A stretch of 64,000 nucleotides of DNA. It comes from Tubulanus polymorphus (lineage: Eukaryota > Animalia > Nemertea). Below are positions 1-13,844 of the stretch, piece after piece; positions within the stretch are counted from its first letter, which is position 1, and the number at the start of each line of letters is the position of its first letter. The notes under the pieces are model-generated. The model saw only the letters and a list, made by a program, of their open reading frames with translations, had not been told where the DNA came from and ran no database searches. Both the position numbers and the translations under genes were made by a program. The DNA is taken from positions 10,168,001 through 10,232,000 of the forward strand of contig NC_134031.1 of assembly GCF_964204645.1 (NCBI RefSeq), in the 5' to 3' direction.

Positions 1-584
1 GTCAGTTACTGACCATCATGGTGTCACCATTGTGGTCTATAGCTCAAATGAAACATGTGGAACCGACGAAGGGGCCCAAAAGCGTTAAGTCATTTCCTGG
101 AGTGACGTGATCCAAAAATGTCCTAACTGGAAAAGGCAGTCTCTCAATTGGATGAAACCAAATCGGACAGGACAATTAAAATTTGGGAAGGTCACAGGTA
201 GTGGTCTTTCTACGAAGCCCACGCGGTGAGCGTATTATTATGAAATCTTTTTTTAAACCACCATGTACCACGAAGTAATAAGCCTCGTTGTACGCACTTG
301 AAACAGCCATTAACCACTTGAAACTGTCAGATCAAACATCATACCGCATCCCCGCAAAGAGGGGTGGTTCAGCAAACCGGAGTTTTCATTGGCCTCTCTA
401 GACTACCCCGCCAGTACGGGTAGCCGAGCAAACCGCAAAACTCATAATGACCGTTACAAAAACTGGCCTAAAATACTCCAAAGTAACACGTATCGCATCT
501 GTAAATTTGTTGAAAGTGTCGTGCTGTGTATAAAGTGAGTAGCCTACTGAGTATAAATTTAGACAATAAATCAAAAGAATTAAA

Positions 585-1211
585 ATAAATATAGCTGCAT
601 AGCAGCGATAACGGGTTTCTGCCTAACTGGTTCATATGTTGCATTGGGAAGCGTAAAAAAGATTTCATCGAAATTATTCAAATCCGTCTGTAACATAGGA
701 CTATTTCCAAGAAGCGCAACCTGGGTCAACAATGCTGGATTATGTGGACCCAAAAGGGCTAATATATTAAAAGTACCGATGCACCAAGTCTAATCAAAAT
801 GGCTTTGAGGATACCGAAGATATGGTCCCCCGGTGGCAGTTGTATCAACTTAATCGTTGCGTGTCGAGGCAGGTGGTGGCCAGAAAAAGAAATATTTCCG
901 GAAAAATTTTTTTGAAGACGCAAGGCATTGACTGATCAATTGTGTTGTTTTATTTCATAATTTACATTTGATTTGGCAGGTCATCTTGCTTAGGAGTCCG
1001 TTTGTCAAAGCATCAAAGAAACACAGTCCAACTTGTTCATGTCTCAGATGCAGCAGGCCAGGGCGGTCATTATATTGCTAACTTATCCAAATTACACTTA
1101 CAACAGCCCAACGTTTTTCAATGTGTAAACTTTATCATACTCTGCATTATAGGACATTGAGGAATTACATTTTAGCCATCTGAGCCCTGGGCTTGATTCA
1201 ATCAAAAGACC
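585..1211. repeat. ~625-bp interspersed repeat, copy 1 (unclassified non-autonomous element)
   Basis: Near-identical direct copy at 1719-2344. Begins AATAAATATAGCTGCATAGCAGC; a related terminus occurs inverted at ~43192-43215. Confidence 0.8.
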
Positions 1212-1306
1212 AGCCCTGACGGTTCAACTCCAGAATAGGTCAAAATAGTTCCATCGTGCAGGGTTTTCTTAAACGAGGGGAGTGGTTCGGTTTTCAAATT
1301 GCCGCC

Positions 1307-1486
1307 AGAAACCTGATTGTCGACCATTTCTCGGGTCGGCAATCGGCAATCGGCAGTCAGAAACCTGATAGTCGACCATTTCTCGGGTCGGCAATCGGCA
1401 ATCAGAAACCTGATTGTCGACCATTTCTCGGGTCGGCAATCGGCAATCGGAAACTTGATTGTCGACCATTTTTCGGGTCGGCAATC
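1307..1486. repeat. Minisatellite, ~4 copies of a ~45-bp unit
   Basis: Unit CAGAAACCTGATTGTCGACCATTTCTCGGGTCGGCAATCGGCAAT repeated in tandem. Confidence 0.9.
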
Positions 1487-1712
1487 GGTGCACTTTTATC
1501 AATGGATGACGATTCTTTGCGTTATTTTTGTCGCTGTTTAGACCCGGTAATTATGCGGGATTAATTCATAATAGATTACTATACGCAAATTCGAAATGGT
1601 CAGGCGCTGAGTTATATTTCTGACAGAATTTAAAATTACGTTTATAAGCTGTTGGTAGTCGAATCTGAGAGAAGTTACATTTAATGAAAAATTTTTGGCT
1701 GGAAAGTGGACC
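1487..1712. mobile_element. 226-bp MITE-like repeat, copy 1
   Basis: Near-identical copy at 8617-8842. Ends GGTGCACTTT...AAAGTGGACC form a 9/10 inverted repeat. Confidence 0.55.
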
Positions 1713-1718
1713 ATAAAT

Positions 1719-2344
1719 AATAAATATAGCTGCATAGCAGCGATAACGGTTTTCTGCCTAACTGGTTCATATGTTGCAATGGGAAGCGTAAAAAAGATTT
1801 CATCGAAATTATTCAAATCCGTCCATAGCATAGGACTATTAACAAGAAGCGCAACCTGGGTCAACAATATGCTGGATTATGTGGATCCTAAAGGGCTACC
1901 ATGTAAAAAGTACTGATGTACCAAGTCTAATCAAAATGGCTTTGAGGATACCGAAGTTATGGTCCCCCGTGGCAGTTGTATAAACTTAAACGTTGCGTGT
2001 CGAGGCAGGTGGTGGTCAGAAAAAGAAATATTTCCGGGAAAATATTTTGAAGACGCAAGGCATTGACTGATGATTGTGTTGTTTTCTTTCTTAATTTACA
2101 TTTGATTTGGCAGGTCATCTTGCTTAGGAGTCCGTTTGTCAAAGCATCGAAGCAACACAGTCAAACTTGTTCATGTCTCAGATGCAGCGGGCCAGGGCGG
2201 TCATTATATTGCTAACTTATCCAAATTACACTTACACAGCCCAACGTTTTTCAGTGTGTAAACTTTATCATACTCTGCATTATAGGACATTGAGGAATTG
2301 AATTTTAGCCATCTGAGCCCTCGGTTTGATTCGAGCAAAAGACC
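1719..2344. repeat. ~625-bp interspersed repeat, copy 2
   Basis: Direct repeat of 585-1211. Confidence 0.8.
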
Positions 2345-3448
2345 TTAACTGACTTCACAGAATTTGATTATGAGTCTAGGATTTTCTAAATTTCTGAAGA
2401 ATGCTTTCTCTGGTTTTAAGATCCATTCAATTTCAATCTTGAATACATAAAAATAAGTCAATTAAATTTTCATTTTATTGAAAGAAATACTACTGAACAC
2501 AGATTTTGAACTGAATGACGTGTTGATTTATCCAGGCGAAAAAATTACAGCAAAATCAACTGATGATCAACGAGGTGAAGTTTCCATTTATCTTCGGATA
2601 TTTGTCCCTGATGATACAAGCTTTTTGGCTCTACCTTTTGAAACATCAACGCCTGATCTAATCGCACCAATTAGTCAGCCACAGTCGATTTTCATGCCAT
2701 CTGACCTCTTTCCACCTGCAATTAAGCAATGAAATGTAATAATTACTCGGTTATATAATATCATAGAGGAGTGAAAGAAAGTAATAACTGATTACTAATC
2801 CAAATATTGTAAACATGGCAACTGAAAAAATAACAATTACATAAAACGTCAAGTACTTACAGCATCTGAGACAGTTGCGCTTAAGTTACGACAATGACGA
2901 AAAGCTTGATTTGGAACGTACACTTGCACACTTTGGTTTAAATTTATTTCCACCAGTTGCAAGAATAGGCAAAGGAATTGAACTTCATTTCATTTCAAAA
3001 CTTCATTTAATTTATTTGACAAACCTATGATAATTTATAATACAAAGACAACAGGTTATAACGTTATAACATACGTTTGTCAGGGGATTCAAAAAATCCG
3101 TTAGGATTGTCCAGTTGAATCCCCGAACATAAGAAAATTAAACAGTTGTTCACCAAGTAAATAAGGTAAGAAATATACATCTTTACGTATGTGAGTTTAC
3201 AAGTATATATAGTGGCGATGGTGACATAAAGTGATTACACCCTATTACAATGATTAGAGAACACAAAAGGCAACGCAGAAGAGTAATTATAGTACATCAA
3301 TATTGAGACAAGAGGAGGCGCTTATAGTGAAATTTGAAAGATTGAACAGAGGACTTATTCCTTATATCAAGTGGAATATTGTTCCAAGTTTTTGGACCTA
3401 TGATACTAATAGAGAACGATCGCTTAGTAGTACGGGAAAATGGAACAC

Positions 3449-6239
3449 TCAATTACGGTTCCTTAATACTCTAGCTTGGTTTGAGAACCTGAAGTTACAA
3501 ATATAATTAAAATTATTTGGTAAATGATTATTAACGAGTTTATACATAAAGATAGCTACCTGTAATTTGTTCATATCAATTAAATTAAGTATTTTACCTT
3601 TTTTAAGTAAAGGGGCAGTGTGAGCAAGATACGGAGCATTAAAAATGAGACGAACTGTCCGCTTAAGCAAAGTACTTAGATGATGTAGCCGTATAGAATA
3701 GTTGGCACCCCATACAATATTAGCATATTGCATGTAAGGTAAAACTAGAGAATTAAAAATGGTAGGGAGAATATAAGCTGGTAAGGATTTACGTACTTTA
3801 TATAAGATGCCAATAGCACGCGATACTTTGTTGGACGTCATTTTAATACGGGGAGCCCAAGTAAGATTGTCATCCACTATAACACCAAGAAACTTGGATT
3901 CTTGACACCTTACAAGGGTGACATTATCAATTTTGATACGAAAATCACGAGGAACACGGATATTGCCGAAAATTACATAATTAGTTTTACTTATATTAAG
4001 AGATAACTTGTTAGCCCTAAACCACATGACTAGGTTTTTCAATTCGGAATTAATGATGGCATTTAATCTAATTGGGTCCTTATCACTAAAAAAGATAGTT
4101 GTGTCGTCTGCAAATAGAATAAAGTTGAGTAGATGAGATGTACGGATAATGTCATTAATGTAAAGTATGAACAGTAGCGGACCAAGAATGGAACCTTGAG
4201 GCACACCGCAATTTATTGGAAGTGTTATTGAAGAACAACTATCATAAGAGACAAACTGATATCGATTAGATAGATAATTACTAAACCAGGCCAACGCAAT
4301 CCCGCGTATACCGTATCGTAGCAGCTTATCTAAAAGTATGGAGTGGTCAATAGTGTCAAAGGCCTTTGACAAATCTATGAAAATACTCACTGTTAGATAA
4401 CCGTCTTCTGTAAGTTTCGAAATGCGATCAGCGAAATCGAGTAATGCCATTTCTGTGGAACGGTTCTTACGAAAGCCATATTGGTTTGGACAAAGAATTC
4501 TATTTCTTATCAATATGCGAGATAAGACGGCAATGGGTTAGGCGTTCAAGAATTTTAGAGAAACATGGCAGAACAGAAATTGGTCGGTAATTAGTAATAT
4601 TATCAGTAGCTCCGGACTTAAATAAAGGCGTAACCCTAGCTATCTTAAGTGCATCTGGAACTATACCTGTAATATAAGACCTATTAAATATATGCAGTAG
4701 TGGAGACACGATTTCATTCATTGAGCATTTAATAATTTTAGGTTTTATATCATTTGGACCAGCTCCTTTGTTAGCATCTAAAGAGTTTACAATAGCAAAA
4801 ATGTCTTCTTGAATAATCGGCCTGAAAAATAAACTATCGGGACTATCAGTTGGTAGATACTGAGTTGGTAAGACATCAGCCCTGGGAATGTTTGATGCAA
4901 GCCTTCTCCCAATATCAATAAAAAAGAAATTAAATTTATCAGCAATTTCTTGTGAGCTTAATTTTCGCCCATTGTCAGTCTTGAACTCAGGAAGTATGAG
5001 GTTTTGCTTAGCAGTACCAATGACACTTCTTAGGACATCCCATGTTTTTTTCAAATTATGTTTTACATTAAATAAGGATTCCGCATAATAACGCTTTTCA
5101 GCAACTCTAAGCAATCTATGTAACTTATTACGGTATACCCTATATTGTTCGAAATGACAGGGTGGCTTTGTTCTTTTATATTTTCGGTAGTATTTACTCT
5201 TAGTTCTGATAGACCGAAGAAGACCTAATGTTAGCCATGGCTTGCGGGTATTTCGTTTGATAGTTTTAGCACGAACCGGAAATATTTGGTCATATAATAA
5301 TTTATATTTATTTAAAAATAGGTTGTACGATTTATCCGGATTGGCCTCATTTTAAACTTCCGTCCAGTCTACACGACTTAGCAGATTATTAAAATTATTT
5401 ATTGAGTGCTCATTGAATGACCTATAACGTATACTATGCGCAGTATTGACTTTAAAATATTGGTTATGGATCGTAAAGGTAGAAAAGTGGTCTGAGATAT
5501 CTGTCGTTAGAATTCCGAGGTTAGACAGCCGTTCAGCGTTAATATTCGTGTACATATGATCAATACAGGTAGCAGAGTGTTCCGTGATCCGTGTCGGTTT
5601 AGTTATTAAGGGCTGAAGCGATAAAGATACCATGTTATGCAAAAAGTCTTCAGTATGATGGTCCGTGTTGTGTTTAAGTAAATCAATATTAAAATCACCC
5701 ATAATAAATGCATTGTCTCTCGGCAATTTTTCTAAAGAGACATTTAACTCAGTAACGAAATCTTCAATAGAATGACCGCTTTGCCTGTAGAGAACACCTA
5801 CAAAAATGCGTTCGTTTTTAGATAGGAAAAGCTCGCATATAAGTAATTCAAATGTGTCACTCTCAATTGACAGGTCGTCGCGGAATTTAAAATTAATCCG
5901 ATCATCCACATAAAGCGCAACGCCTCCAGCATGATTAAAATGACGATTAAAAAATTTACTATTATAACCTTCCATATAGGCCTAATATGAAGTCTCATTA
6001 TCGTTACCATCCGTGGCCCAGGTTTCTGAGACACCAATGAACATAGGTAATTTATGTAAGCTTTGTATAGTGTCATATAGAAAATTAAAATTTTTATTGA
6101 TACTACGAACATTAGTATGGAAAAAGAGAATAGAATTAGCATCACAAGTGCGAAATAATTCATTAACAGTATTTAATGAGTAATACTTATCATTAGGAAA
6201 GTCACCATGGCCACCCGTTTCAAGATATCCATTATTCAT
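3449..6239 (-). pseudogene. LINE ORF2: AP endonuclease + reverse transcriptase, broken by stops and frameshifts
   Basis: Fragments 5982-6239, 5352-5975, 4500-5114, 3449-4513. APE motifs NVRS, SETW, GGVALY, MGDFNIDL, CIDH, SDH. RT motifs NYRPIS, QYGFR, DLSKAFD, GVPQGSILGPLLF, FADD, KFLGV. Confidence 0.95.
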
Positions 6240-6625
6240 ATAATTACTTAATGAACAAAACGATAAGGCGGATTCTGGTTATATGGTACATATTTAGACG
6301 TAATACAATAATACCCTTAATAAAAATGTAACAAACACACTGGTATGTATCAAGAGTAGTACGATATAATATAATAGAGTTAGTTAGAGTACATGGATTT
6401 GGACGATTTGTAATAAACTCGTTACTCAATTAATGATATGAAAATATGAATCCAAAACAATCATTTTAAATAAGAATTGTAAGTACGATAACGAAGTAGT
6501 ATTTATACTAAGCAGAAACTGTTAATAGTTCATTCATATCACTAGTAGAGCGCATTTGAATTAATCCATTAATTATGTTGAACTAAATATACGAATTTAC
6601 TCAGTATTCCACAATTCATGCATTG

Positions 6626-7642
6626 TTAGTAATAAGTACTATTATTAAATGGATTCACTGACGAGTTTGATGGTTCTTTGTCGTGAAATGGATTAGAACT
6701 CATAGTAGGTAAAGGCTGTGGCTCCGGACTGTTATCGTCAAGTAGAAGATTATCCAGGACCGACATATCCACGATTGAAACAGGTTTATCCCCTTCTTTA
6801 ACCTTCACAAAAATCTTGCCGTCGTAAACGTAGAAGCCAAATATTACTTTTGACTTCCACAGATTTCTCACATTAAACAACACATTTTGGCGATGCTTTG
6901 TAAGATCTTCATTAGCGTATACGTCATCGCCAAGATGTTTCTTATTCTTCAAGATTTTTTGACGCGCACGATACGTAACAAATTTACAAATAATTGGTCG
7001 ATTTTTTCCTGGTTTTTTGTATCCAAGTGAACGATCAATATCATGAAGCGAAATAGAACTATTAGCAGCTTTATTAGCAAGATTTATAACTATTTCTTCC
7101 GTGTTCTCATCCTCCGTTTCAGGTATACCATAGATAATTAAATTATTACGGCGGGAGTATTGTTCCGCTTGATCAGCTCGCGCCATAAGATTATTAATAA
7201 TAGCCCGTTGAGTGTTTATTATTGATTTTTCAATTTCTGGTTGCAAATGCGATCTGACTGCTTCCACAATGCGGCCAACTAAGGTAGCAGTTGATTTTTC
7301 ATCATTTAATATGTTTATAATAGCGTCACTAATACTGTCGCCCTGTGGAGATGGATTATCCTGACCATGATCCATGACAGATTCGCTACTGGTTCCTGCG
7401 ACTTCAATTTCTACGTTAACAGAACCAGTACATGGTTTTTTAATAGTCTCTCTCGGAGAAAACTCTTCTGTGGGGTGTCTCACTTTGTTCCGACTGTCAC
7501 CTGATGCGGGTGTACTTGTAAGGGGCTGTGGGGACAAAAGTGGAGGTACCTCGTGAGTTTCAGCGGCAGTTTCAGCGGCAGATTTCGGTTTCTGTTGTTT
7601 TGGTTTGGAATTCGATTTTCTACCCATGATTAGCATGTACAA
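6626..7642 (-). CDS. LINE ORF1 protein (coiled-coil + L1-type RRM/CTD)
   Basis: EQYSRRNNLIIYGIPE, RPIICKF and NEDLT motifs; lies upstream of ORF2. Confidence 0.85.
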   Translation of the reverse strand: MYMLIMGRKSNSKPKQQKPKSAAETAAETHEVPPLLSPQPLTSTPASGDSRNKVRHPTEEFSPRETIKKPCTGSVNVEIEVAGTSSESVMDHGQDNPSPQGDSISDAIINILNDEKSTATLVGRIVEAVRSHLQPEIEKSIINTQRAIINNLMARADQAEQYSRRNNLIIYGIPETEDENTEEIVINLANKAANSSISLHDIDRSLGYKKPGKNRPIICKFVTYRARQKILKNKKHLGDDVYANEDLTKHRQNVLFNVRNLWKSKVIFGFYVYDGKIFVKVKEGDKPVSIVDMSVLDNLLLDDNSPEPQPLPTMSSNPFHDKEPSNSSVNPFNNSTYY

Positions 7643-8616
7643 ATACAGGCGACGAATACAAACGACTGTCTATTTGGCACTAGAACGTTTATAAATGTCT
7701 AGAACGGAATGGAACGTAACTGTTGTATATACATAAACTCATCCAAGCGGAACGGAAGTACACGTATGCCAGTGACTATAGTTCACCATATAATATTAAC
7801 ATTAGTTATCCAACGAAGTCATTTACGCAAAAGTCATAAGTTATTTAAAGAAAAAACACGTACCGCAGCCATCCTCAGCACTTATTCAACGTGCAAGCAC
7901 GCAACACAATACAATTAGACCGGGTTTAGCATAAAAAACAGACATTTAACGTCCGAAATGCAGAACTGGTTAACTGACAACCGCCATGTTGTGGGTATGT
8001 TGTGTGAAGACCGTAGTGACCAGTTCCTTCCACGAATAATAGCTGGAAAGAGAGTAATCGAAATAAATAGTCATACACATAAGTGTAAACAACTTAGGCT
8101 TTCCACTGTCTCTATTCACTACATTTAGGGCTTATTCTAGGTGTATCCCCCCAAAAAGCTAGGTAAAGTAGCTAGCCAACAATGATCATTGCTTAACCGA
8201 GTACTCATTTGCTACCATATGTACAAATATTATAAAGAAATCATGTAAAACATTCCCTGGTTAACGGATTCTCACCTTATATTACGTAAAAACCTACCAT
8301 TCCTGTCCATATTACGTTGAATCGAGCCAAAAATCTTCAGGAAATGTAGCCAACGTAAATTGATTTACGAATAGAATTAACCAATTGACTCATTTTAAGG
8401 ATCATGGTTTCGTGGAATCCATTAAGGTCCTTAAACTCGCGATAAATTTAAGCCGAAAATGATTTCAACCATCCGCCATGTTTCATTCATTAGACACTTA
8501 TTACGCACCGGCTGTAGTAATCGTTCGTGGGAAATGACGGATCCGGACTAATTGTAAGTCCGATTCCGTGATTTACGGTTGACTCAAGGTCGTGCGGTAA
8601 ATTTTAGGTTTTTCGG

Positions 8617-8842
8617 GGTGCACTTTTATCAATGGATGACGATTCTTTGCGTTATTTTTGTCGCTGTTTAGACCCGGTAATTATGCGGGATTAATTCATA
8701 ATAGATTACTATACGCAAATTCGAAATGGTCAGGCGCTGAGTTATATTTCTGACAGAATTTAAACTTACGTTTATAAGCTGTTGGTAGTCGAATCTCAGA
8801 GGAGTTACATTTTATGAAAAATCTTTGGCTAGAAAGTGGACC
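8617..8842. mobile_element. 226-bp MITE-like repeat, copy 2
   Basis: Copy of 1487-1712. Confidence 0.55.
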
Positions 8843-8854
8843 ATAAATGATAAT

Positions 8855-8960
8855 AATAATCAACAGGAATACAAGAGGGTTTCTGCGAAAGCAGCAGAAA
8901 CCCTAATAATAATCAACAGGAATACAAGAGGGTTTCTGCGAAAGCAGCAGAAACCCTAAT
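8855..8960. repeat. Tandem duplication of a ~52-bp unit containing a small hairpin
   Basis: AATAATCAACAGGAATACAAGAGGGTTTCTGCGAAAGCAGCAGAAACCCT occurs twice. Confidence 0.8.
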
Positions 8961-10350
8961 TAGAAATCATTTCACATTGACATACCCATCCTCGCTTGCC
9001 AGGGGTCCGGTATCCCTTGACGGGTGAAGATGTGACATACCGGTACTTGAAACTAAATCATTCAGGTTTTACACGCCGTATCGGACTGTGTGCGGACGTG
9101 GTTCGTTCGACGCGAACATATATCTTCGTTCCATGTTAAGTACACATAGTCTGCATTTTACTCGGGGCTTGTGTCGCCATGTCAGATATGGCATGACAAG
9201 CCCCGGGGCATGTGACGCCATGTTCTGCTGATTCTTAAGATTGAATTTGCTCAACGAATATTTTAGACTGGTTGCCTGTCCTATTTAATATGTCCGATTC
9301 GATATATTTAGACTGGTTACCGGTCTCTATCTTCAATTAGAGACCGGTTGTGCCCATCCTCCATTTTACATTTTCGATGCATGTCAAATAAGGTCAAACA
9401 TGTAAAGTAGCAAGTTACTTCCAGGTTAAGATGGCGTCTCTTCGAATCTGCTTAGCTTCGAGCGATATCAAAATTGCCCTTTACAATGGACGGAAAGACA
9501 TTAATTGCTGTAAGTATCAGATAAATCCGCTGATAATTTACCTGGTACTCGGAATACAAACTAACAAGGATCGAAATCTAATGCGAGGTGAGCTCTGCCG
9601 CGACCGTCACTGAATATTCTATACAGAACATTCTGAAGGAACAGGGGACATCCTTTCTATATCTACCGTTCGTGAGATGTATTTAGTGAATTGATGTTTC
9701 AATACAGTGTTGTAAAATGACTGCATTTAGTATCTGAATAAAGTTTACAATTGTTGAACTCCTTAGTGCTTTGTGAGATCAGATATTTGGATCCACCTCA
9801 GCCTACTGATTTCCTGATACAGACAGCAAGTTGGGACAGTCAAATTAAGAGACTTGGTCAAGACAAGATACTCAGATCACACTAGAAATTCGCAATATCC
9901 TCTATCCTCATCCCTAACCACACAATGTCAATGTTGACTTTGCTAGAAATCGATTATAAAATTCATCACGACCAATTCTTTTTCACTGAATTCAATATTT
10001 ATTGTTCACTTGTGGTACAAAATCTTGTTCAGCCCCTGACAAGAGAATAGGCAATTGACAAGAGAATAAGCAATGACACTACGTATTTCATGACATAGAA
10101 CAGTAGTTTTTTTATTCATCGACAAATTGGGACAATCCTGATATCCCCTGATTTGAATGATAGTGTCTTTAGAATCATAAAGACCATGTCTCGACCAGAC
10201 AGTTCATCCAATCACAATTCAAATAGAAGGCTCGCTAGTGCAGTTATTCACAGAATCCAGCTCTTTAAACCTCATCAGTTTATCAAATCGTGAGCAGTGG
10301 AGAAATACAGTACACAACATCTTGGCGCAGGGGCACTTGCTGATGTAACT

Positions 10351-10365
10351 GATGATGATGATGAT

Positions 10366-10426
<61 letters not shown>

Positions 10427-10443
10427 ATGATGATGATGATGAT
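10351..10443. repeat. (GAT/GAC)n microsatellite
   Basis: Seen directly. Confidence 0.95.
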
Positions 10444-11058
10444 TTTTCTTTGATTTCTCTTTGATTACTGCATGATGTTATCATTCTGAAATTAAAATAC
10501 ATATCACACTTACAATTAAACCTGGATTGACTTTACAATTAATGGTTCAGAATCCATTTTTCAAACTTACCTTGATGCATTGCAATCTATTCTTTTCATG
10601 TTGAGCTAATTTGATATGCATTACTTCAATTTCTTAAAACATCCTACGAGTTGTGACTCACAAAATCATCACTAAAACGCTCACAATAATCTACAATAGA
10701 TAATCAATATAGTGTTTGTGAAATAGAATATTCAATGACAATGTTCACATTTTTACGAAGTAAGTAAGTAGGTGAAGTTACCTTGTTGATGTCATTATTT
10801 TCACTGGATCAACTGCTGATGTCCAATGTCACATTAAGAACAATCAATCAATCGCCTCGAGTGAACAAACAAGTAGCCTCTGCTGCAAGGTTCAGTATGT
10901 CAGTAGTGGTATAGTAGTATTGTACGTATTGTTGTTTCCATCCACCAGTCCAAATTGCAGATTGACGACCGGTAGGTTTCGACGGCGCTGTCAAGCAGCC
11001 ATCCTGAATTGAATACCGATATTTTCGGTACCACACGCTAAAAGTGCCTGCAGAAGCG

Positions 11059-11232
11059 TTACCTGGCAGTTTTAATGGAATTTCTTTCTTCATTGGTATA
11101 AAAAATGACTGAAAAAGGGGTCCATGGAACGTAAATCGAGAAATCGAGATTACCTGGCAGTTTTAATGGAATTTCTTTCTTCATTGGTATAAAAAATGAC
11201 TGAAAAAGGGGTCCATGGAACGTAAATCGAGA
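11059..11232. repeat. Tandem duplication with a ~90-bp period
   Basis: TTACCTGGCAGTTTTAATGG...GTAAATCGAGAAA occurs twice. Confidence 0.85.
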
Positions 11233-11454
11233 AACAGTGTAGGCGGCCATGTTACATTGTTCACGTGATGAAATACTGAAATGTGATTGGATCCGTAAAA
11301 TCCGCGGAAGATGGCGGACGGGCAAAGCCTGTGTCATATTGAATGGGACAACCAGTCTATGTCTTCATTTCGCAATTTAGGTAATGTTGAAACCATCCAG
11401 AAAACGGAAGTGATATTGGAAAGATACAAAATGGCGGCTTTTTGAATAGCAGAA

Positions 11455-11641
11455 GGGATAGGGTTTAGGGTCCAGGGTTTAGGGTCTAGAGGGTCCAGAG
11501 GGTTAGGGTTAAGGTCAAGAGGGTCCAGAGGGTTAGGTTTAGAGATAGGGTTAGGTTCCGTTACATATTATAATAGGGTTAGCAACTTTCTAACTACTTA
11601 TAGCCTCATCCCGATAAGGCTATTAGTAGTTAGAAAGTTGC
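11455..11641 (+). repeat. Degenerate TTAGGG-like repeats followed by a 60-bp hairpin
   Basis: GGGTTAGGG/GGGTTTAGGG units at 11455-11557. Stem GCAACTTTCTAACTACT...AGTAGTTAGAAAGTTGC at 11582-11641. Confidence 0.7.
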
Positions 11642-11855
11642 GATTCCTGATATTATTATCTAATAGGGTATCTAATAGGGTATCTAATACATAGGTATAT
11701 TTTAAAAATATTTCAATATTTATATTTGTATGAGTTAGATTTTTAAACATTAAAAGTGTTAGTAAAGTTTTATTGAAATAATTCATATATATTCATGAAT
11801 AACATATAAATGAATAACTTCTAAAATCAATTTAGTAAAAAAATATGTATAATAA

Positions 11856-12493
11856 ATGGAACCAGAACAACCACAAAGTATTAATATTACAAATAACACT
11901 GGTGTTATAAATATATACTACAAGAAGTGTTCTAAGTGTGAATTAGATAAATTAGCTTTAACAGAATTTAGTAAGCGTAAGATTAGCAAAGATGGTTTTC
12001 AATATTGCTGTAAAACTTGTACTAAACTATATACCAAACAATATCGAGAAGATAATAGAGAAGCTTATAATGATTATATGACAGAATATACGAGAGAAAG
12101 ATATCAAACAGATCTTAATTTTAGATTGAAACAATGCTTAAGATCAAGATTAACACAATTATTCAACAAAGAAACGCATTGAGAAACACTATCTAATTTA
12201 TTGGGTTGTTCAGATGAATTTTTCATATCATGGATAATATATCAATTCGATGATAAAATGAATATAGATAATTATGGTGAATACTTTCATATTGATCACG
12301 TGTTGCCGATTTCTAAATTTGACATGAATGATGAATACAATAAAAAACTTATTTAAGACCTTTAGAAAAGAAGGAAAATATAATTAAATCTAATAAACTA
12401 GATATGAAATTATATTTAGATCAACTGGATAAAGCAAAGACATTTGTTGAATTATGGAATTCAACACATAATGAAAAATACGTTGAAGCTTAA
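11856..12493 (+). pseudogene. Zn-finger + HNH-like endonuclease, premature stop and deletion
   Basis: CSKC...KDGFQYCCKTC, then past the stop at 12182 LLGCS...DNYGEYFHIDHVLPISKF. Homolog at 40623-41242. Confidence 0.7.
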
Positions 12494-13640
12494 GCGCTTA
12501 GAAAACCGGTTACTCTCGATCTATGTCAAACCGCCCAAATGCAATTGTATTAGGTTGTTTACAAAAACATCTGTCGCACGTTATATTCAGTTGAATAGGG
12601 TGTACCTCATTTGAATATTGATCGAATGTGCTATTTCAGTTGAAAAGGATTAATCAATTACATTACAAAGGAACATCTGTTGCACTTACAGTGTTTAGCT
12701 AGTGAATAACTGGCAGTTATAAACGCGCAGCACATAAGCATAGGAACGTATAGGATATTCTCTCTATAAACACAATTTTAGGAGTTTACAGTTATAAATG
12801 TAAGTACTGTTTTTGTTGTTATTAAGGCGTTGTGAAACGTTAAACATGTAAAACTTATCCTGGTAAGATGCGCCACAAATGGTTATGTTTAAGTGCTGTA
12901 ATTAATATTTTACAACCACAACTTCAAGTTAGTTTTATTTTACGCTAGATATTTATCTTTTAGATAACAAAATGAAGACCATTTGAATCAAGAAAGTGAA
13001 GATGGATGGATGTGGAATCAGAAATTATGAATATTTCAACTCATGATACTGTAGCCGTTTAGCCATACTGTATAGGCTTTCAATGCATTACGTTTGTCGG
13101 AATTTCAATTGCGTCATTAAGCTGTTGTTAATGACACACAGTGACAGATGTTGTATTGTACTTTATTGATTCCTGCATTCCACGCATACCTTACCGCTCC
13201 GCTCAGGAGCGGCTTGGAATGTGGAAATCGATAATGATTGTAGAATAAAATATATGTGTTTATGAAATAGTATTTCAACCAGTCGTTTCTTTGAATTTAT
13301 TTTCAGTTTTAGAATTTATTATCGAGAATCCGAAATGACTTATCTGGACAGTTATAATTACTGCTCCTAATAGATAGACAATAGTAGTGAGATATTAAAT
13401 CCTAATTTAAATAAAATATAATAAAAAAACAATAACTTCAACTAGCTAGTGAATTCTATTATATTCTTAATACTTTCTTTCCAAAAGAGAATACTTTATA
13501 TTTTGAATAGATTCAAATAGAAATTCTTTAAATTCAAATAGCTAGTATCAGTAGTCAATACTAGAATTCTTTAACTTTAACTATCTAGTATCATTTTATA
13601 ATACTTATAATATTTTTCTTATTAAATTTCTCTAATATAA

Positions 13641-13844
13641 ATGTCAAAGAAATCGAGTAAGAATAGTATTGATATTGAAAAAACATTAGATGATTTGGGT
13701 ATTAGTGATAATAAGGATCCAGTTGTTTCTAATTCTATTCAAGTTAATAACAATATAGATTATGAATACTATTTATATTGTAAACACCATCTTGAATTAT
13801 TGATTGCTGGCGGGAAATCTAAACAATTTTTAACTAAGACCATT
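13641..13844 (+). pseudogene. 5' part of conserved Polinton ORF (MSKKSSK family), interrupted by element I
   Basis: Reads KQFLTKTI and continues TFQELDSMKPDK at 30746; intact homolog at 37885-38487 reads KEFLTKIITFQELDAMKPDK. Confidence 0.9.

Larger units (their letters stand above)
2983..7912 (-). mobile_element. Non-LTR retrotransposon (CR1/L2-like LINE), near full length, inactivated
   Basis: ORF1 plus APE-RT ORF2 on the minus strand. AATAAA and a TGAAA-like tail near 2983-3016. Boundaries approximate. Confidence 0.9.

Noticed and set aside
1256-1564. Overlapping short ORFs
   Set aside because: Derived from the ~45-bp minisatellite.
10275-10502. Poly-Ser ORF
   Set aside because: Translation of a microsatellite.
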